Source: Patescibacteria group bacterium
Lineage (GTDB): Bacteria > Patescibacteriota > Minisyncoccia > Phycocordibacterales > Phycocordibacteraceae
Direction of reading: 5' to 3'
Assembly (NCBI GenBank): GCA_038078715.1
Contig: JBBTSU010000003.1
Coordinates: 34,861 to 98,254 of the forward strand
DNA length: 63,394 nt
Under the pieces are notes generated by a model, which ran no database searches, was not told where the DNA came from, and saw only the letters and a program-made list of their open reading frames with translations. Shown one piece after another: positions 47,906-57,493 of this stretch (positions are counted from its first letter, which is position 1; each line of letters starts with the position of its first letter). Position numbers and translations under genes: made by a program.

Positions 47906-48175
47906 ATGAGTGCTGTGATTCTCTACTGGATACTTCTTCTCGTCTGGGTTGCTGTTGTTGCCTACTTCATCATCTTTGACCTCTTTCCGCTTCTCTTTGG
48001 TCATGGGCACGGGAAGAAGGAGCATGGGGGAGGGCATGGGCATGACGACCATGCGCCTGAAGTTCCGAGTGGGTACTCGGTCTATAGTGGCTTCAAGTCC
48101 TTTGCGGATAAGGATGGGAAGCTTACCCCAAACGATATTGTGAAAGGATTGTCTCGGGAAGAAAAGGATCTATGA
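47906..48175 (+). CDS. Small membrane protein with His-rich segment
   Basis: TM followed by GHGHGKKEHGGGHGHDDH; TACAAT shortly upstream. Confidence 0.6.
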   Translation: MSAVILYWILLLVWVAVVAYFIIFDLFPLLFGHGHGKKEHGGGHGHDDHAPEVPSGYSVYSGFKSFADKDGKLTPNDIVKGLSREEKDL

Positions 48176-48852
48176 GTGATGTAGTAAGAACAGTTGAGTT
48201 TCCTGGATCAGGACGGTCAAAAGAAGAGAGAGTGTCAGATGCAGAAAAGGACCCTCGTCTTGAGCGTCAGCGATTTGTACTTTCACGAGTGCCCGAACTT
48301 CGCGAACGTATATTTCGTCTACAGAAAGTATTCATGGATCTGCAGAAGGAACATTCTGAACTTGTTGGTCTCTCGCTTTACGGTTCGCATACGAAAGGGT
48401 ACGCAGATTTCGTCTCCGACATAGATGGAGTTGTGTTTATTGATTTTGAAGAAGCTCAGAGACTGGGAACTAATAAGCAAGAGCTCCGGCGCATAGTGCA
48501 GGAAACTGTTATGAAAGAACTTGACGTAGGTCTTGAACACCTGTCTCTGGATGCGGTGAGTATTTCTCTTGAGAGTATCAGTGCCCTCAAGACGCCACGA
48601 CTTTTTCATCTCGCGATAGGTGACAAATTGCGCCCATATAGAGAAGCAGTCATTCGCTCATACGAAGAAAAAGGAGAGGATGGAGAGAAGGAATGGCAGC
48701 GACTTGTGTTTGAGCTTGTTCTTCACGAGAACCACACCTTCTCTGATGACTTTGTGGAGAAAAGGGTGCATTTGTATCCATGGTCGCTCAAGAAAGCGCG
48801 TGCGTATTACGCGCCGGAGCGAAGGAAAGAATACGAGAGACTTTCTCCATAG
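48172..48852 (+). CDS. Pol-beta-like nucleotidyltransferase domain protein, paralogue A
   Basis: LYGSHTKGYADFVSDIDG (GS..DxD); C-terminal LYPWSLKKARAYY. Confidence 0.75.
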   Translation: MSDVVRTVEFPGSGRSKEERVSDAEKDPRLERQRFVLSRVPELRERIFRLQKVFMDLQKEHSELVGLSLYGSHTKGYADFVSDIDGVVFIDFEEAQRLGTNKQELRRIVQETVMKELDVGLEHLSLDAVSISLESISALKTPRLFHLAIGDKLRPYREAVIRSYEEKGEDGEKEWQRLVFELVLHENHTFSDDFVEKRVHLYPWSLKKARAYYAPERRKEYERLSP

Positions 48853-48867
48853 GAGTCGCACTAATAT

Positions 48868-49494
48868 ATGACCGACGAAGGGTTAGGCAAGTTTGAACGA
48901 ATAGATGCTATAGAGAAAGACACTCGTCTTGCGCATCACCGGTTTCTTCTTTCCGAAGACCCTGCGCTGAGAGAGAAACTTCACATGCTTCAAGATTCAT
49001 TCAAACAGCTACAAGTTCAATTTCCTGAGATTATTAGTATTCAAATCCTTGGGTCACACACGAAGGGATATGCCAGTCCGAACTCGGATTTTGATCTGGG
49101 GCTCGCTCTTGATACTGCAAAGCTTGAGGCGGTCCAGCGTACGAGCGCTGAAGTCGTTGATCAGGTACAGAGCTATCTACAAAAGGTGCTTAACGTTACT
49201 AAGAAAGATATTGCGCTTGAATACTACGAATTAGGAGGATCAGATAGCTATGCACGGTATGAACCATTTCTCCTCTCACTGGGTAACGACATGCGCTCGT
49301 ATCGTGAGGCAATTATCCGGAAGTTAGAACAACAAGAAGATGGTGAGCGAGTATGGATGCACATCGTAGGGCAGCTATGGGAACGAGAGAATTTGTACTT
49401 CGGTGCGTCGCTCTTACGTGAACGAAAGAAACTATACCCACAGACACTCGCTGAGGCGCGTGCATACTTCCTCCCCGAACCAAAGGTAGGCTAG
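48868..49494 (+). CDS. Pol-beta-like nucleotidyltransferase domain protein, paralogue B
   Basis: ILGSHTKGYASPNSDFDL; LYPQTLAEARAYF. Confidence 0.75.
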   Translation: MTDEGLGKFERIDAIEKDTRLAHHRFLLSEDPALREKLHMLQDSFKQLQVQFPEIISIQILGSHTKGYASPNSDFDLGLALDTAKLEAVQRTSAEVVDQVQSYLQKVLNVTKKDIALEYYELGGSDSYARYEPFLLSLGNDMRSYREAIIRKLEQQEDGERVWMHIVGQLWERENLYFGASLLRERKKLYPQTLAEARAYFLPEPKVG

Positions 49495-51236
49495 GAGCGA
49501 TTCCTAATCTCGTCTGTAAGGCGTGCCGCAAATGCGCCCACTGCTTCTGCAGCTTCTGACTTTCCATGGTCACGGCTCTCTATAGAGACCGTACCATCCG
49601 TCGTCTCCTTTTCTCCTACCACAAGCAGATACGGAATCTTTTTCTCCTTGGCGGCACGGATTTTCTTTCCGAGGGATTCGTTTGCGGCGTCTACTTCCAC
49701 ACGAATACCTCCTGTCTTAAGAATCTTCTCAACTTCAGATGCGTACTGATTGAATTTTTCTGACACTGGGAGAATGCGGGCCTGAACAGGAGAGAGCCAG
49801 GTCGGGAAGGCGCCCGCATAGTGCTCCATGAGAATACCCATGAAGCGATCGGGTGAGCCCACAAGCGCACGATGAATCATGCTTGGTGTCTTCTTATTCC
49901 CATCCTCAGCGACATAGGAGAGTTCAAAGCGTGCAGGCTGGTTGAAGTCAAGCTGGATAGTAGAGATCTGCCACTCACGCTTGAGCGCATCCACTGCCAT
50001 GATGTCTATCTTCGGGCCATAGAAGGCTGCTTCACCAAGTGCTTCTTTGTGTGGAATCTTCTGTGATACCAGGAGGTTGCGCATAATACCCTCTGCCTTC
50101 TCCCACGTAGCATCTTCGCCAAGATACTTATCTTTCTTTGCGGGATCACGAAGGGATAGGCGCATCCAGTAATCAATCTTGTATACGGCAAGTGCTTTTT
50201 GGATTGCCTTCAAGACGTTTGAGATCTCTGACTCTATTTGGTCTTCACGGCAGAAGATGTGGCCATCGTCCTGAGAGAACGCGCGAAGTCGGGTAAGTCC
50301 TGATAGTTCACCTGGGCGCTCATCACGGTAGAGGACGGCAAAGTCTGAATAGCGAATCGGAAGGTCGCGATAACTACGGAGCTCACTGTCATAGATCTGC
50401 GTGTGCTGCGGGCAGTTCATGGGCTTCAAGAACATCTCGTCATCTACGTACTGGCTCTTCGCCTGGAGCATATCTTCCTTGTACTGGTCGTAGTGTCCGG
50501 AGATCTTAAAGAGCTCTCCTTTGTTGATGTTTGGGGTATGGACTTCACCAAAGCCAAGCTCAGTATTGAGTTCACGGGAGAACTTGATGATCTCTGAACG
50601 GATGATATTGCCTTTAGGAGTAAACAAAGGCATGCCGGAGCCGACAAGATCTGAGAAGACGAGAAGGCCCTGTTCTCGTGCGATTTTGCGGTGGTCACGC
50701 TTCTTTGCTTCCTCACGATTTGCGAGATACTCGTCTAGCTCTGCCTTGGTATCAAAGGCAAGACCATAGATACGGGTCAACATAGTGTTCTTCTCATCTC
50801 CACGCCAGTACGCACCTGCAATGCGGTCTATCTTGAAAGAATCAGGAGTTATTTCATGCGCAGGATTCTCACAGTGTCCACCACGACAGAGATCCCAATA
50901 GTCACCAGACTTGTAGAAGGAGAGCGTGCCACCATCCTTGGAGAATTCATCAATGAGCTCATGCTTGTAGGGGTTTTCTGGGTATTCCGCTTTCGCGTCC
51001 TCAGGAGAGAGTTCGTGACGATCCATGGAGGTCCAGGACGGAAGGATGCGGCGCATCTCTGTTTCAATCTTTTCGAGATCTTTTTCGTTGATTGGGGTGG
51101 GGAACTCAAAGTCAAAGTAGAAACCATCGTCAATGGCAGGACCGATGGTGCGCTTGGCATCGGGGCGAAGCTTCAGTACCGCAGCGGCAAGAAGGTGGGC
51201 GAGCGTATGGCGTTTGTGTTCTAGGTCCTGGTTCAT
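49491..51236 (-). CDS. thrS: Threonyl-tRNA synthetase
   Basis: HTLAHLLA, DLCRGGH, RDHRKI, KPMNCP.H, GLTRLRAFSQDD.H, FYGPKID, STIQLDF, HRAL.GS. Confidence 0.98.
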   Translation of the reverse strand: MNQDLEHKRHTLAHLLAAAVLKLRPDAKRTIGPAIDDGFYFDFEFPTPINEKDLEKIETEMRRILPSWTSMDRHELSPEDAKAEYPENPYKHELIDEFSKDGGTLSFYKSGDYWDLCRGGHCENPAHEITPDSFKIDRIAGAYWRGDEKNTMLTRIYGLAFDTKAELDEYLANREEAKKRDHRKIAREQGLLVFSDLVGSGMPLFTPKGNIIRSEIIKFSRELNTELGFGEVHTPNINKGELFKISGHYDQYKEDMLQAKSQYVDDEMFLKPMNCPQHTQIYDSELRSYRDLPIRYSDFAVLYRDERPGELSGLTRLRAFSQDDGHIFCREDQIESEISNVLKAIQKALAVYKIDYWMRLSLRDPAKKDKYLGEDATWEKAEGIMRNLLVSQKIPHKEALGEAAFYGPKIDIMAVDALKREWQISTIQLDFNQPARFELSYVAEDGNKKTPSMIHRALVGSPDRFMGILMEHYAGAFPTWLSPVQARILPVSEKFNQYASEVEKILKTGGIRVEVDAANESLGKKIRAAKEKKIPYLLVVGEKETTDGTVSIESRDHGKSEAAEAVGAFAARLTDEIRNRS

Positions 51237-51263
51237 AGTGTGTGTAAGTATACCGTTTGAAAT

Positions 51264-51288
51264 AAAAAACCCCGCAGGTGGCGGGGGT
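51264..51288 (-). terminator. Attenuator terminator in the thrS leader
   Basis: Minus strand: CCCCGC-cacct-GCGGGG-TTTTTT. Confidence 0.85.
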
Positions 51289-51323
51289 AATAGTGTGTGA
51301 GGCTAGGACCACCGCCATGGGCG

Positions 51324-51362
51324 CTACGAGGTAGTAGTGGTGGTCGTGGTCACGAATACCAT
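51324..51362 (-). promoter_or_regulatory. Thr-rich leader peptide MVFVTTTTTTTS (attenuator uORF of thrS)
   Basis: ATG GTA TTC GTG ACC ACG ACC ACC ACT ACT ACC TCG TAG; -10 TATACT at 51370-51375 (minus strand). Confidence 0.85.
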
Positions 51363-51389
51363 AGGGAGAAGTATAGGACGCCCCATTAC

Positions 51390-54300
51390 TTATGCAAGTG
51401 CCTTGAGGTTATCCACGGCAAGCGTGGTCTCCCCGTTTCTAATAGATACCTTGGCCTTGAGAAGGACGCAGGAACCCTCTACCAGTGCAGGATTCTGTTC
51501 CTTATAGAGCTTTGGGAAGACTACTCCTTCAATGGAATCAGTCTTGTCCTCAAAGCGCACAAAGGACATCTTCTCTCCGTTTTTTGTAAGAAGAGTACGG
51601 ACACTTGCAACAAGCGCAGGGAGGATAACGGGAAGATTCTGCTGGGGCTCTTCCTTGATCTTCCCGATTGTCATGGTGGCTTTACTCATCACCGTACCGT
51701 GCGAATCAAGCGGATGTCCGGAGATATAAATACCAAGGAGCTCCTTTTCCCATCTGAGCTTGTCGCGAAGGGTGGTCTTAAGATCACTCTCCGGAAGAAT
51801 CAAGCTCGGTGCCACAGAGGCAAAGAGAGAGTCCTGGGTGGTGGGGGCGGTCGCGTCTCGGTGGAAGGTAAGAAGTGTTTCAATGTAAGTAAGAAGATGT
51901 GCACGCTCACCAAAACGATCAAGCGCACCACACTTAATGAGTGACTCAAGTGACTTTCGATTTAGATTTCTGTTCCCAATTCGACAAAGGAAATCAGAAA
52001 GGGAAGCGAAAGGTTCCGCCTTTTCGCGCTCAACGATGATGGCTTCTGAGATTCCTTCTCCGAAGTTCTTTATGGAAGAAAGTCCGAAACGGATAGTATT
52101 TTTGTTCTCACCGGCCACCGTAAACACAGAGCGGGATTCGTTCACGTCAGGCGGAAGCACAGGAACTTTGAGTCGCTCACATTCGGCGACCATGACCGCA
52201 ATCTGATCTACGTTTCCAGAGTCGGCGGTCAGTACGGCGGCCATGTACTCCACGGGGTAGTGAGCCTTCATGTACGCAGTCTGGTACGCCACTTTTCCGT
52301 AGGATGCGGCATGTGCTTTGTTGAATCCGTAGGCAGCGAACGGCTCAATCAACTTCCAGAGTGCTTCAGCGTTCGATTTAGAAAGCTTTGCATGATCCAT
52401 GAAGCCTGCGATGAGCTTTTCTTTCTGTGCCTCCATCTGTTCTGGGATCTTCTTACCCATAGCCTTACGAAGGGCGTCTGCCTCAAGCCATGAGTAGCCA
52501 CCAAGGCGCACCGCAATCAAAAGCACATCGTCCTGATATGTCACCACGCCATAGGAACGATCTAGGATCTCTTCTAGGCGAGGGTCAAGATACTTCACCA
52601 GCTTCGGATTTCGCTTTCGTTCAATGTAGGAAGGGATAGATTCAAGCGGACCTGGGCGATACAAGGCCACCATGGCGTTAATGTCGTGGATGGTGGTAGG
52701 ACGGAGCTCCTTTAAGTATCGGGTCATACCACTTCCTGCAAGCTGGAAGAGCCCTTCGGTTTCTCCACGCGCAAGCATCGCAAAGGTCTCTGCGTCATCA
52801 ATAGGAATCTTCTCAATATCAATCCAGGTATCGCGCGTGTCTTTTACGCGCTCCACGGAGTCAGCGAGAATGGCGAGGTTTTTAATACCGAGGAAGTCAA
52901 ACTTGAGAAGTCCCACACCACCATATTCATCAGTGATGGAGTACATGTCGTACTGGGTGATGAGCGCGCCATTCTCGTCTTCACTCTTCGGATCGTACTG
53001 AAGCGGTGCCCACTCAATGAGCGGGGAAGGAGCGATCACCACGCCGGCCGCGTGCACACCTACGTGACGCACACAGCCTTCAATGCGCTTAGCCAGATCT
53101 ATTACTTCGCGCACGTCATCATCCTCGTCGTAGAGTTTCTTTAGATCCTCCTCAAGCGTCATAGCGCGGTCAATGGTCATGGGAAACCCTTGTGAGCCGA
53201 TAGGAATGAGTTTGGCGATACGGTCTCCGGTGCCATAGGAATGTCCAAGGGCACGTGCGACATCGCGCACGGCGGCACGAGCAAGCATGGTACCGAAGGT
53301 ACCGATCTGTGCGACACGATCTTCACCGTACTTACGCTTTGCATACGCGATCACTTCACCACGCCGATTATCAGCAAAGTCCATATCAATATCCGGTGCT
53401 TTCGGACGCTCAGGGTTCAAGAAGCGTTCAAAGGGAAGTTTGTAGAAAATAGGATCCACGTTCGTCACACCGGTGAGGTAAGAAACGAGGGATCCTCCTG
53501 CAGAACCACGAGTGGTGGTGAGGATGCCTTCCTTACGCGCAAAGGTAAGGAGGTCGGAGACAATGAGGAAATACGGAGCAAAGCCTTTGTCCTTAATGAC
53601 TTGTAACTCATACTCTATGCGCTCTTCTACTTCCTTCGCCTTTTCCATTCCACGCATAGAAAGGCCGGCATAGGCACGATCTTTCAATTCTTCGTCGTGG
53701 GTCTTACCGCTTTCCACTTTAAACTCAGGGAACACCCACTCGCCAAGTGTGAACGAGAGGTTGCAGCGTTCTGCAATCTCACCACTGCGATCTACCGCAT
53801 CTTCCATGCCCGTAAACCACTTCCGCATATCCTTCTCGGAGGTGAAGGAGAAGTCTTCGTCTTCGTTAAATCCTTTCTCCCCATGCTGGATGCGACGAAG
53901 GACCGCACAGGCTTCACGATCTTCTGGTGCAAGAAAGTACACATCGTGCTGGGCAACGAGTGGCACACCCGAAGACTTTGAAAGAGTGATCAGTGCCTCC
54001 ATGCGTTTCTCGTGCCCCTCTACTTTCGGGTGATGGGTAATCTCAAGAAACACATTATCTTTCCCAAAAGTGCTCACGTATTCCTCTAGAAGAGCAGCCG
54101 CAGCTTTAAGATCTCCTGCTGCAACCGCTTGCACGACTTCTCCAGAGAAAGAAGGGATGAGGGCGATGACTCCTTCTTTGTGTTCGCGAAGTAACTCCTT
54201 ATCCATCCTCGGCCTCTCATTCAATCCTTCGGTGAACGACTTCGTGACAAGTGCAAGAAGGTTTTTGTATCCTTTTTCATTTTCTGCAAGAAGCACGAGA

Positions 54301-54557
54301 CGCGCGCGTTTCTCGTCACGATTCTTTTCGTGTCGTGAACGTGGTGCGAGATACGCATCCACTCCAAGAATTGGTTTGATGCCCGCCTTCATAGCGGATT
54401 TATAGAAATCAATGGCGCCATGAAGGTTCCCGGCGTCGGTAAGGGCGACTGCCGGCATCCCTGCTTTCTTTGCAGCCTCTACCAGCTCATCTGCCTTCGG
54501 GAGTGCCTGAAGGAAGGAATAGTGGCTATGGGTATGGAGGTGCACAAACTTGCTCAT
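51390..54557 (-). CDS. dnaE: DNA polymerase III alpha subunit
   Basis: HLHTHSHYS, RGSAGGSL, FERFLNPER..PDIDMDF, KFDFLG, FNKAHA; start at ATG 54557. Confidence 0.98.
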   Translation of the reverse strand: MSKFVHLHTHSHYSFLQALPKADELVEAAKKAGMPAVALTDAGNLHGAIDFYKSAMKAGIKPILGVDAYLAPRSRHEKNRDEKRARLVLLAENEKGYKNLLALVTKSFTEGLNERPRMDKELLREHKEGVIALIPSFSGEVVQAVAAGDLKAAAALLEEYVSTFGKDNVFLEITHHPKVEGHEKRMEALITLSKSSGVPLVAQHDVYFLAPEDREACAVLRRIQHGEKGFNEDEDFSFTSEKDMRKWFTGMEDAVDRSGEIAERCNLSFTLGEWVFPEFKVESGKTHDEELKDRAYAGLSMRGMEKAKEVEERIEYELQVIKDKGFAPYFLIVSDLLTFARKEGILTTTRGSAGGSLVSYLTGVTNVDPIFYKLPFERFLNPERPKAPDIDMDFADNRRGEVIAYAKRKYGEDRVAQIGTFGTMLARAAVRDVARALGHSYGTGDRIAKLIPIGSQGFPMTIDRAMTLEEDLKKLYDEDDDVREVIDLAKRIEGCVRHVGVHAAGVVIAPSPLIEWAPLQYDPKSEDENGALITQYDMYSITDEYGGVGLLKFDFLGIKNLAILADSVERVKDTRDTWIDIEKIPIDDAETFAMLARGETEGLFQLAGSGMTRYLKELRPTTIHDINAMVALYRPGPLESIPSYIERKRNPKLVKYLDPRLEEILDRSYGVVTYQDDVLLIAVRLGGYSWLEADALRKAMGKKIPEQMEAQKEKLIAGFMDHAKLSKSNAEALWKLIEPFAAYGFNKAHAASYGKVAYQTAYMKAHYPVEYMAAVLTADSGNVDQIAVMVAECERLKVPVLPPDVNESRSVFTVAGENKNTIRFGLSSIKNFGEGISEAIIVEREKAEPFASLSDFLCRIGNRNLNRKSLESLIKCGALDRFGERAHLLTYIETLLTFHRDATAPTTQDSLFASVAPSLILPESDLKTTLRDKLRWEKELLGIYISGHPLDSHGTVMSKATMTIGKIKEEPQQNLPVILPALVASVRTLLTKNGEKMSFVRFEDKTDSIEGVVFPKLYKEQNPALVEGSCVLLKAKVSIRNGETTLAVDNLKALA

Positions 54558-54633
54558 AGACACAGAATAGCAAGCCAACGAGGCATGCGCCTAATGTTGG
54601 TATACTGTCCCTATATTCATATCTTCATAGACT

Positions 54634-54816
54634 ATGTCTGATGCAATGGAATCAGGTGCAGGGCCTCTTAAGCTTAACGAAACTCCTGAGGCAGCGTTGA
54701 GGCGCCTCCAGGGAGCTGAACGGTTGATGCGAATGAACCCATTTAAGAACAAGAATAAATTGGCCACACTTCAGGCAGAGATTGCACGCCTTGGCGCACA
54801 GCTCCGAGGAGAGTAA
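54634..54816 (+). CDS. Small hypothetical protein
   Basis: 60-aa ORF ending 2 nt before rnhB; TATACT upstream. Confidence 0.45.
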   Translation: MSDAMESGAGPLKLNETPEAALRRLQGAERLMRMNPFKNKNKLATLQAEIARLGAQLRGE

Positions 54817-54818
54817 TC

Positions 54819-55406
54819 ATGCCGCGCCTCATACTCGGCGTTGATGAGGCAGGGCGCGGACCACTCGCGGGTCCCGTCGCAGTAGGTGTCGTTCTCGTAG
54901 AAGAGGGATTTGATCTCCTTGCAACATTCCCACACCTCAATGATTCCAAGAAGCTTTCCGAGAAAAAACGCGAAGCAATATTTGAGCAGCTTCTCGTCTG
55001 TGAGAAAGAGGGGAGTGTGTCATTTTGCGTGAAGTCAGTGGATGCGGGGACTATTGATAAGGCAGGGATTAGTCCTTCAGTACGCAGTGCCGTACATGCC
55101 GGCGTTCGTACACTTGCACCAGAACCTACGGGAGTGAAGGTGTATCTAGACGGACTTCTACATGCGCCCGATGAGTACGAGCAGGAGACGGTGGTGGGAG
55201 GAGATGCGCTCATCCCCGCGATCATGCTTGCATCCATTGCCGCGAAGGTCTCTCGGGACCGGCTCATGGTCCGTTTGGCCTCTGAATACCCTCAGTATGG
55301 GTTTGAGGCGCATAAAGGGTATGGCACCAAGGCACACCAGGCAGCCATCCGTACCCACGGCCTTTCACCACTCCATCGCAGGAGCTTTTGCCGGTCGTTT
55401 ACGTAG
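54819..55406 (+). CDS. rnhB: Ribonuclease HII
   Basis: GVDEAGRGPLAGPV, NDSKKL, GDALIP.IMLASIAAKVSRD, HKGYGT. Confidence 0.97.
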   Translation: MPRLILGVDEAGRGPLAGPVAVGVVLVEEGFDLLATFPHLNDSKKLSEKKREAIFEQLLVCEKEGSVSFCVKSVDAGTIDKAGISPSVRSAVHAGVRTLAPEPTGVKVYLDGLLHAPDEYEQETVVGGDALIPAIMLASIAAKVSRDRLMVRLASEYPQYGFEAHKGYGTKAHQAAIRTHGLSPLHRRSFCRSFT

Positions 55407-55447
55407 CCCCGTTGCGAGAAACGCCTATATACGGTAAGGTAGCGCCT

Positions 55448-55786
55448 ATGTCTGTACGAATGCGCCACACGAGCTCCCACACGAAGAATCGTCGGAGTCA
55501 TCATGCTCTTAAGAACAAGAAAATAGTGACGGATAAGGAGACCGGAAATCTTCGTCTTCCGCACCGGCTTGATGAAAAGACCGGTATGTATAGAGGTAAG
55601 CTTATCGTCCCTCCAAAGGTAAAGAAGGCAAAGAAGGACTATGCCAAGGCAGATAAGGTAGGCCCTGCAGAAGGAAAGGTGCATCTTGAGAAGGTAGATG
55701 AACCAAAGGTAGAGAAGAAGGGTCTTCTCGGCCGTATGACTCAGGGACGAGCAAAAGCACGTTCAGGAATGGGAGGAGGAGTATAA
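55448..55786 (+). CDS. rpmF: 50S ribosomal protein L32 with C-terminal extension
   Basis: MSVRMRHT..HTKNRRSHHAL, LRLPHR..TGMYRGK; start at ATG 55448; about 60 extra C-terminal residues. Confidence 0.85.
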   Translation: MSVRMRHTSSHTKNRRSHHALKNKKIVTDKETGNLRLPHRLDEKTGMYRGKLIVPPKVKKAKKDYAKADKVGPAEGKVHLEKVDEPKVEKKGLLGRMTQGRAKARSGMGGGV

Positions 55787-55866
55787 ATCCTATCCCCACT
55801 GTACACAGGCCCACGCGATTGCGTGGGTCTTGTCGTTTGTTACTCTCAAGAGAGTTCTTTCTATAT

Positions 55867-56766
55867 ATGGCCAATCGGCATCTCGCGCGTTCCCTTGTGC
55901 TCCAGTCCCTCTTTGAATGGGATACGGCTGGTGTTCCTGCTGAAGAGGTGAAGAACATCCTTGCACGTAACACTCGTGAGTTTGGTGGAGATGACACCGA
56001 AGGGCCATTTATGGAATCTCTCCTTGAGGGTGTGCTCGCCAAGCATGACGATCTAGATTTGATTATTCAAAAAGCTGCACCCGATTGGCCCTTGGATCGC
56101 ATTGCACCAGTAGATAGAAACATTCTTCGTTTGGGGCTCTATGAGCTTTTGTTTGCGGACCGTGATCAGGTGCCGCCGAAGGTGGCGATTAACGAAGCGA
56201 TTGAACTGGCGAAGATCTTTGGAGGAGAGTCCTCAGGACGTTTTATTAACGGTGTGCTTGGTGCCGTGTACAAGGAGATGGGGGAGCCAGGAAAAGAGGA
56301 TGGGACAAAGAAGAAGGAGCGCATAGATCCACGCACCCTTCCGGTGGAAGAACTGGCAGGTGCAATTGTCTACGCACCACATGAGGGACAGTGCTATGTC
56401 GCGCTCGTGCATGACGTGTTTGGGCGTTGGACGCTGTCTAAGGGGCACATCAATGAAGAAGAGACCCCACAGCAAGGAGTGGCTCGTGTGATTCAGGAGG
56501 AGCTTGGACTTACGGGCACGGTAGAGGAAGTAGTTGGAGAGAACGAATACATTGCGTCACATCCTGAGAAAGGGAAGGTTCGTAAGCATGTGTACTTCTT
56601 CTTGGTGAAGACAGAGTTTTCAAAACTCTCTTTGAAGCAGAGTGGGGGACTGGACGATGCGCGGTGGTTTAGGCTTGCCGATATTCGCGCCCTTAACTTC
56701 TATGACGACATGCTTCCGATCGTCACCTCGGCCGTTCAAAAGCTCCTTGATAAGGCTTTGAAATAG
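55867..56766 (+). CDS. nusB: Transcription antitermination factor NusB fused to a NUDIX domain
   Basis: RHLAR..LQSLFEW, DRNILRLG.YE, VAINEAIELAK.FG..S..FINGVLG; then LSKGHINEEETPQQGVARVIQEELG; start at ATG 55867. Confidence 0.93.
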   Translation: MANRHLARSLVLQSLFEWDTAGVPAEEVKNILARNTREFGGDDTEGPFMESLLEGVLAKHDDLDLIIQKAAPDWPLDRIAPVDRNILRLGLYELLFADRDQVPPKVAINEAIELAKIFGGESSGRFINGVLGAVYKEMGEPGKEDGTKKKERIDPRTLPVEELAGAIVYAPHEGQCYVALVHDVFGRWTLSKGHINEEETPQQGVARVIQEELGLTGTVEEVVGENEYIASHPEKGKVRKHVYFFLVKTEFSKLSLKQSGGLDDARWFRLADIRALNFYDDMLPIVTSAVQKLLDKALK

Positions 56767-56787
56767 TTGGGGTATACTCCCTGATAT

Positions 56788-57471
56788 ATGGAGTTTACTG
56801 ACGCCGCAGAGAAGCTAGGACTTCCGTTTCGTGATCTCGCCCTTCTTGAAGAGGCGCTCACGCACCGTTCCTATCTTAATGAGAATAGAAGTTCTAAGGC
56901 GCATAATGAGCGTCTGGAGTTTCTTGGGGATGCAGTGCTTGAGCTTGCCACAACTCGTTTCCTCTTTGATAAGTTTCCAAAGAAACCAGAAGGGGAATTG
57001 ACTGCATACCGTGCTGCACTCGTGAATACGTATTCTATTGCTGCCGTTGCACAGGAACTTGGGGTGAACGATATGCTTCTTCTTTCTAAAGGGGAGAAGC
57101 GTGACACAGGGCGTGCACGCCAGATCATCCTTGCGAATGCCTTTGAAGCAATTGTGGGTGCGGTCTATCTTGATCAGGGATATGACGCCGCAGAAGCATT
57201 TCTCGCCAAACATCTCTATCCAAAACTAGAGAGTGTGCTTGAAGAGCGCAGCTACCAGGATGCCAAGAGTCGTTTTCAGGAACTCGCACAGGAACATGAT
57301 GGGGTGACGCCGAAGTACAAGACGTTAGAAGAGACTGGGCCCGATCATGACCGCCAGTTCACCGTCGGTGTATTTATAGGAGACGAGGAGATTGCGCAGG
57401 GAGAAGGGAAAAGCAAGCAGGAAGCAGAGCAGGATGCAGCCAAGAAGGGACTAGAGAAGAAGGGGTGGTAG
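56788..57471 (+). CDS. rnc: Ribonuclease III
   Basis: ALTHRS, HNERLEFLGDAVLEL, FEAIVGA.YLD, dsRBD GPDHDR.F..GKSKQEAEQ.AA. Confidence 0.98.
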   Translation: MEFTDAAEKLGLPFRDLALLEEALTHRSYLNENRSSKAHNERLEFLGDAVLELATTRFLFDKFPKKPEGELTAYRAALVNTYSIAAVAQELGVNDMLLLSKGEKRDTGRARQIILANAFEAIVGAVYLDQGYDAAEAFLAKHLYPKLESVLEERSYQDAKSRFQELAQEHDGVTPKYKTLEETGPDHDRQFTVGVFIGDEEIAQGEGKSKQEAEQDAAKKGLEKKGW

Positions 57472-57493
57472 GTTCGAGTCCTGGACCGCCAGC
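57470..57493 (+). repeat. Cassette-boundary repeat copy A (tRNA 3'-end-like)
   Basis: aggttcgagtcctggaccgccagc; the last 16 nt match copy B at 13/16. Confidence 0.65.

Noticed and set aside
51236-51375. T-box riboswitch upstream of thrS
   Set aside because: GGTGGT resembles the T-box core, but the leader is only about 130 nt, with no room for stem I or a specifier loop. The Thr7 uORF explains the structure better.
55805-55833. Hairpin between rpmF and nusB as a terminator or regulatory RNA
   Set aside because: The stem ggcccacgc-gatt-gcgtgggtc is real but lacks a clean U-tract, so the function is too uncertain to call.
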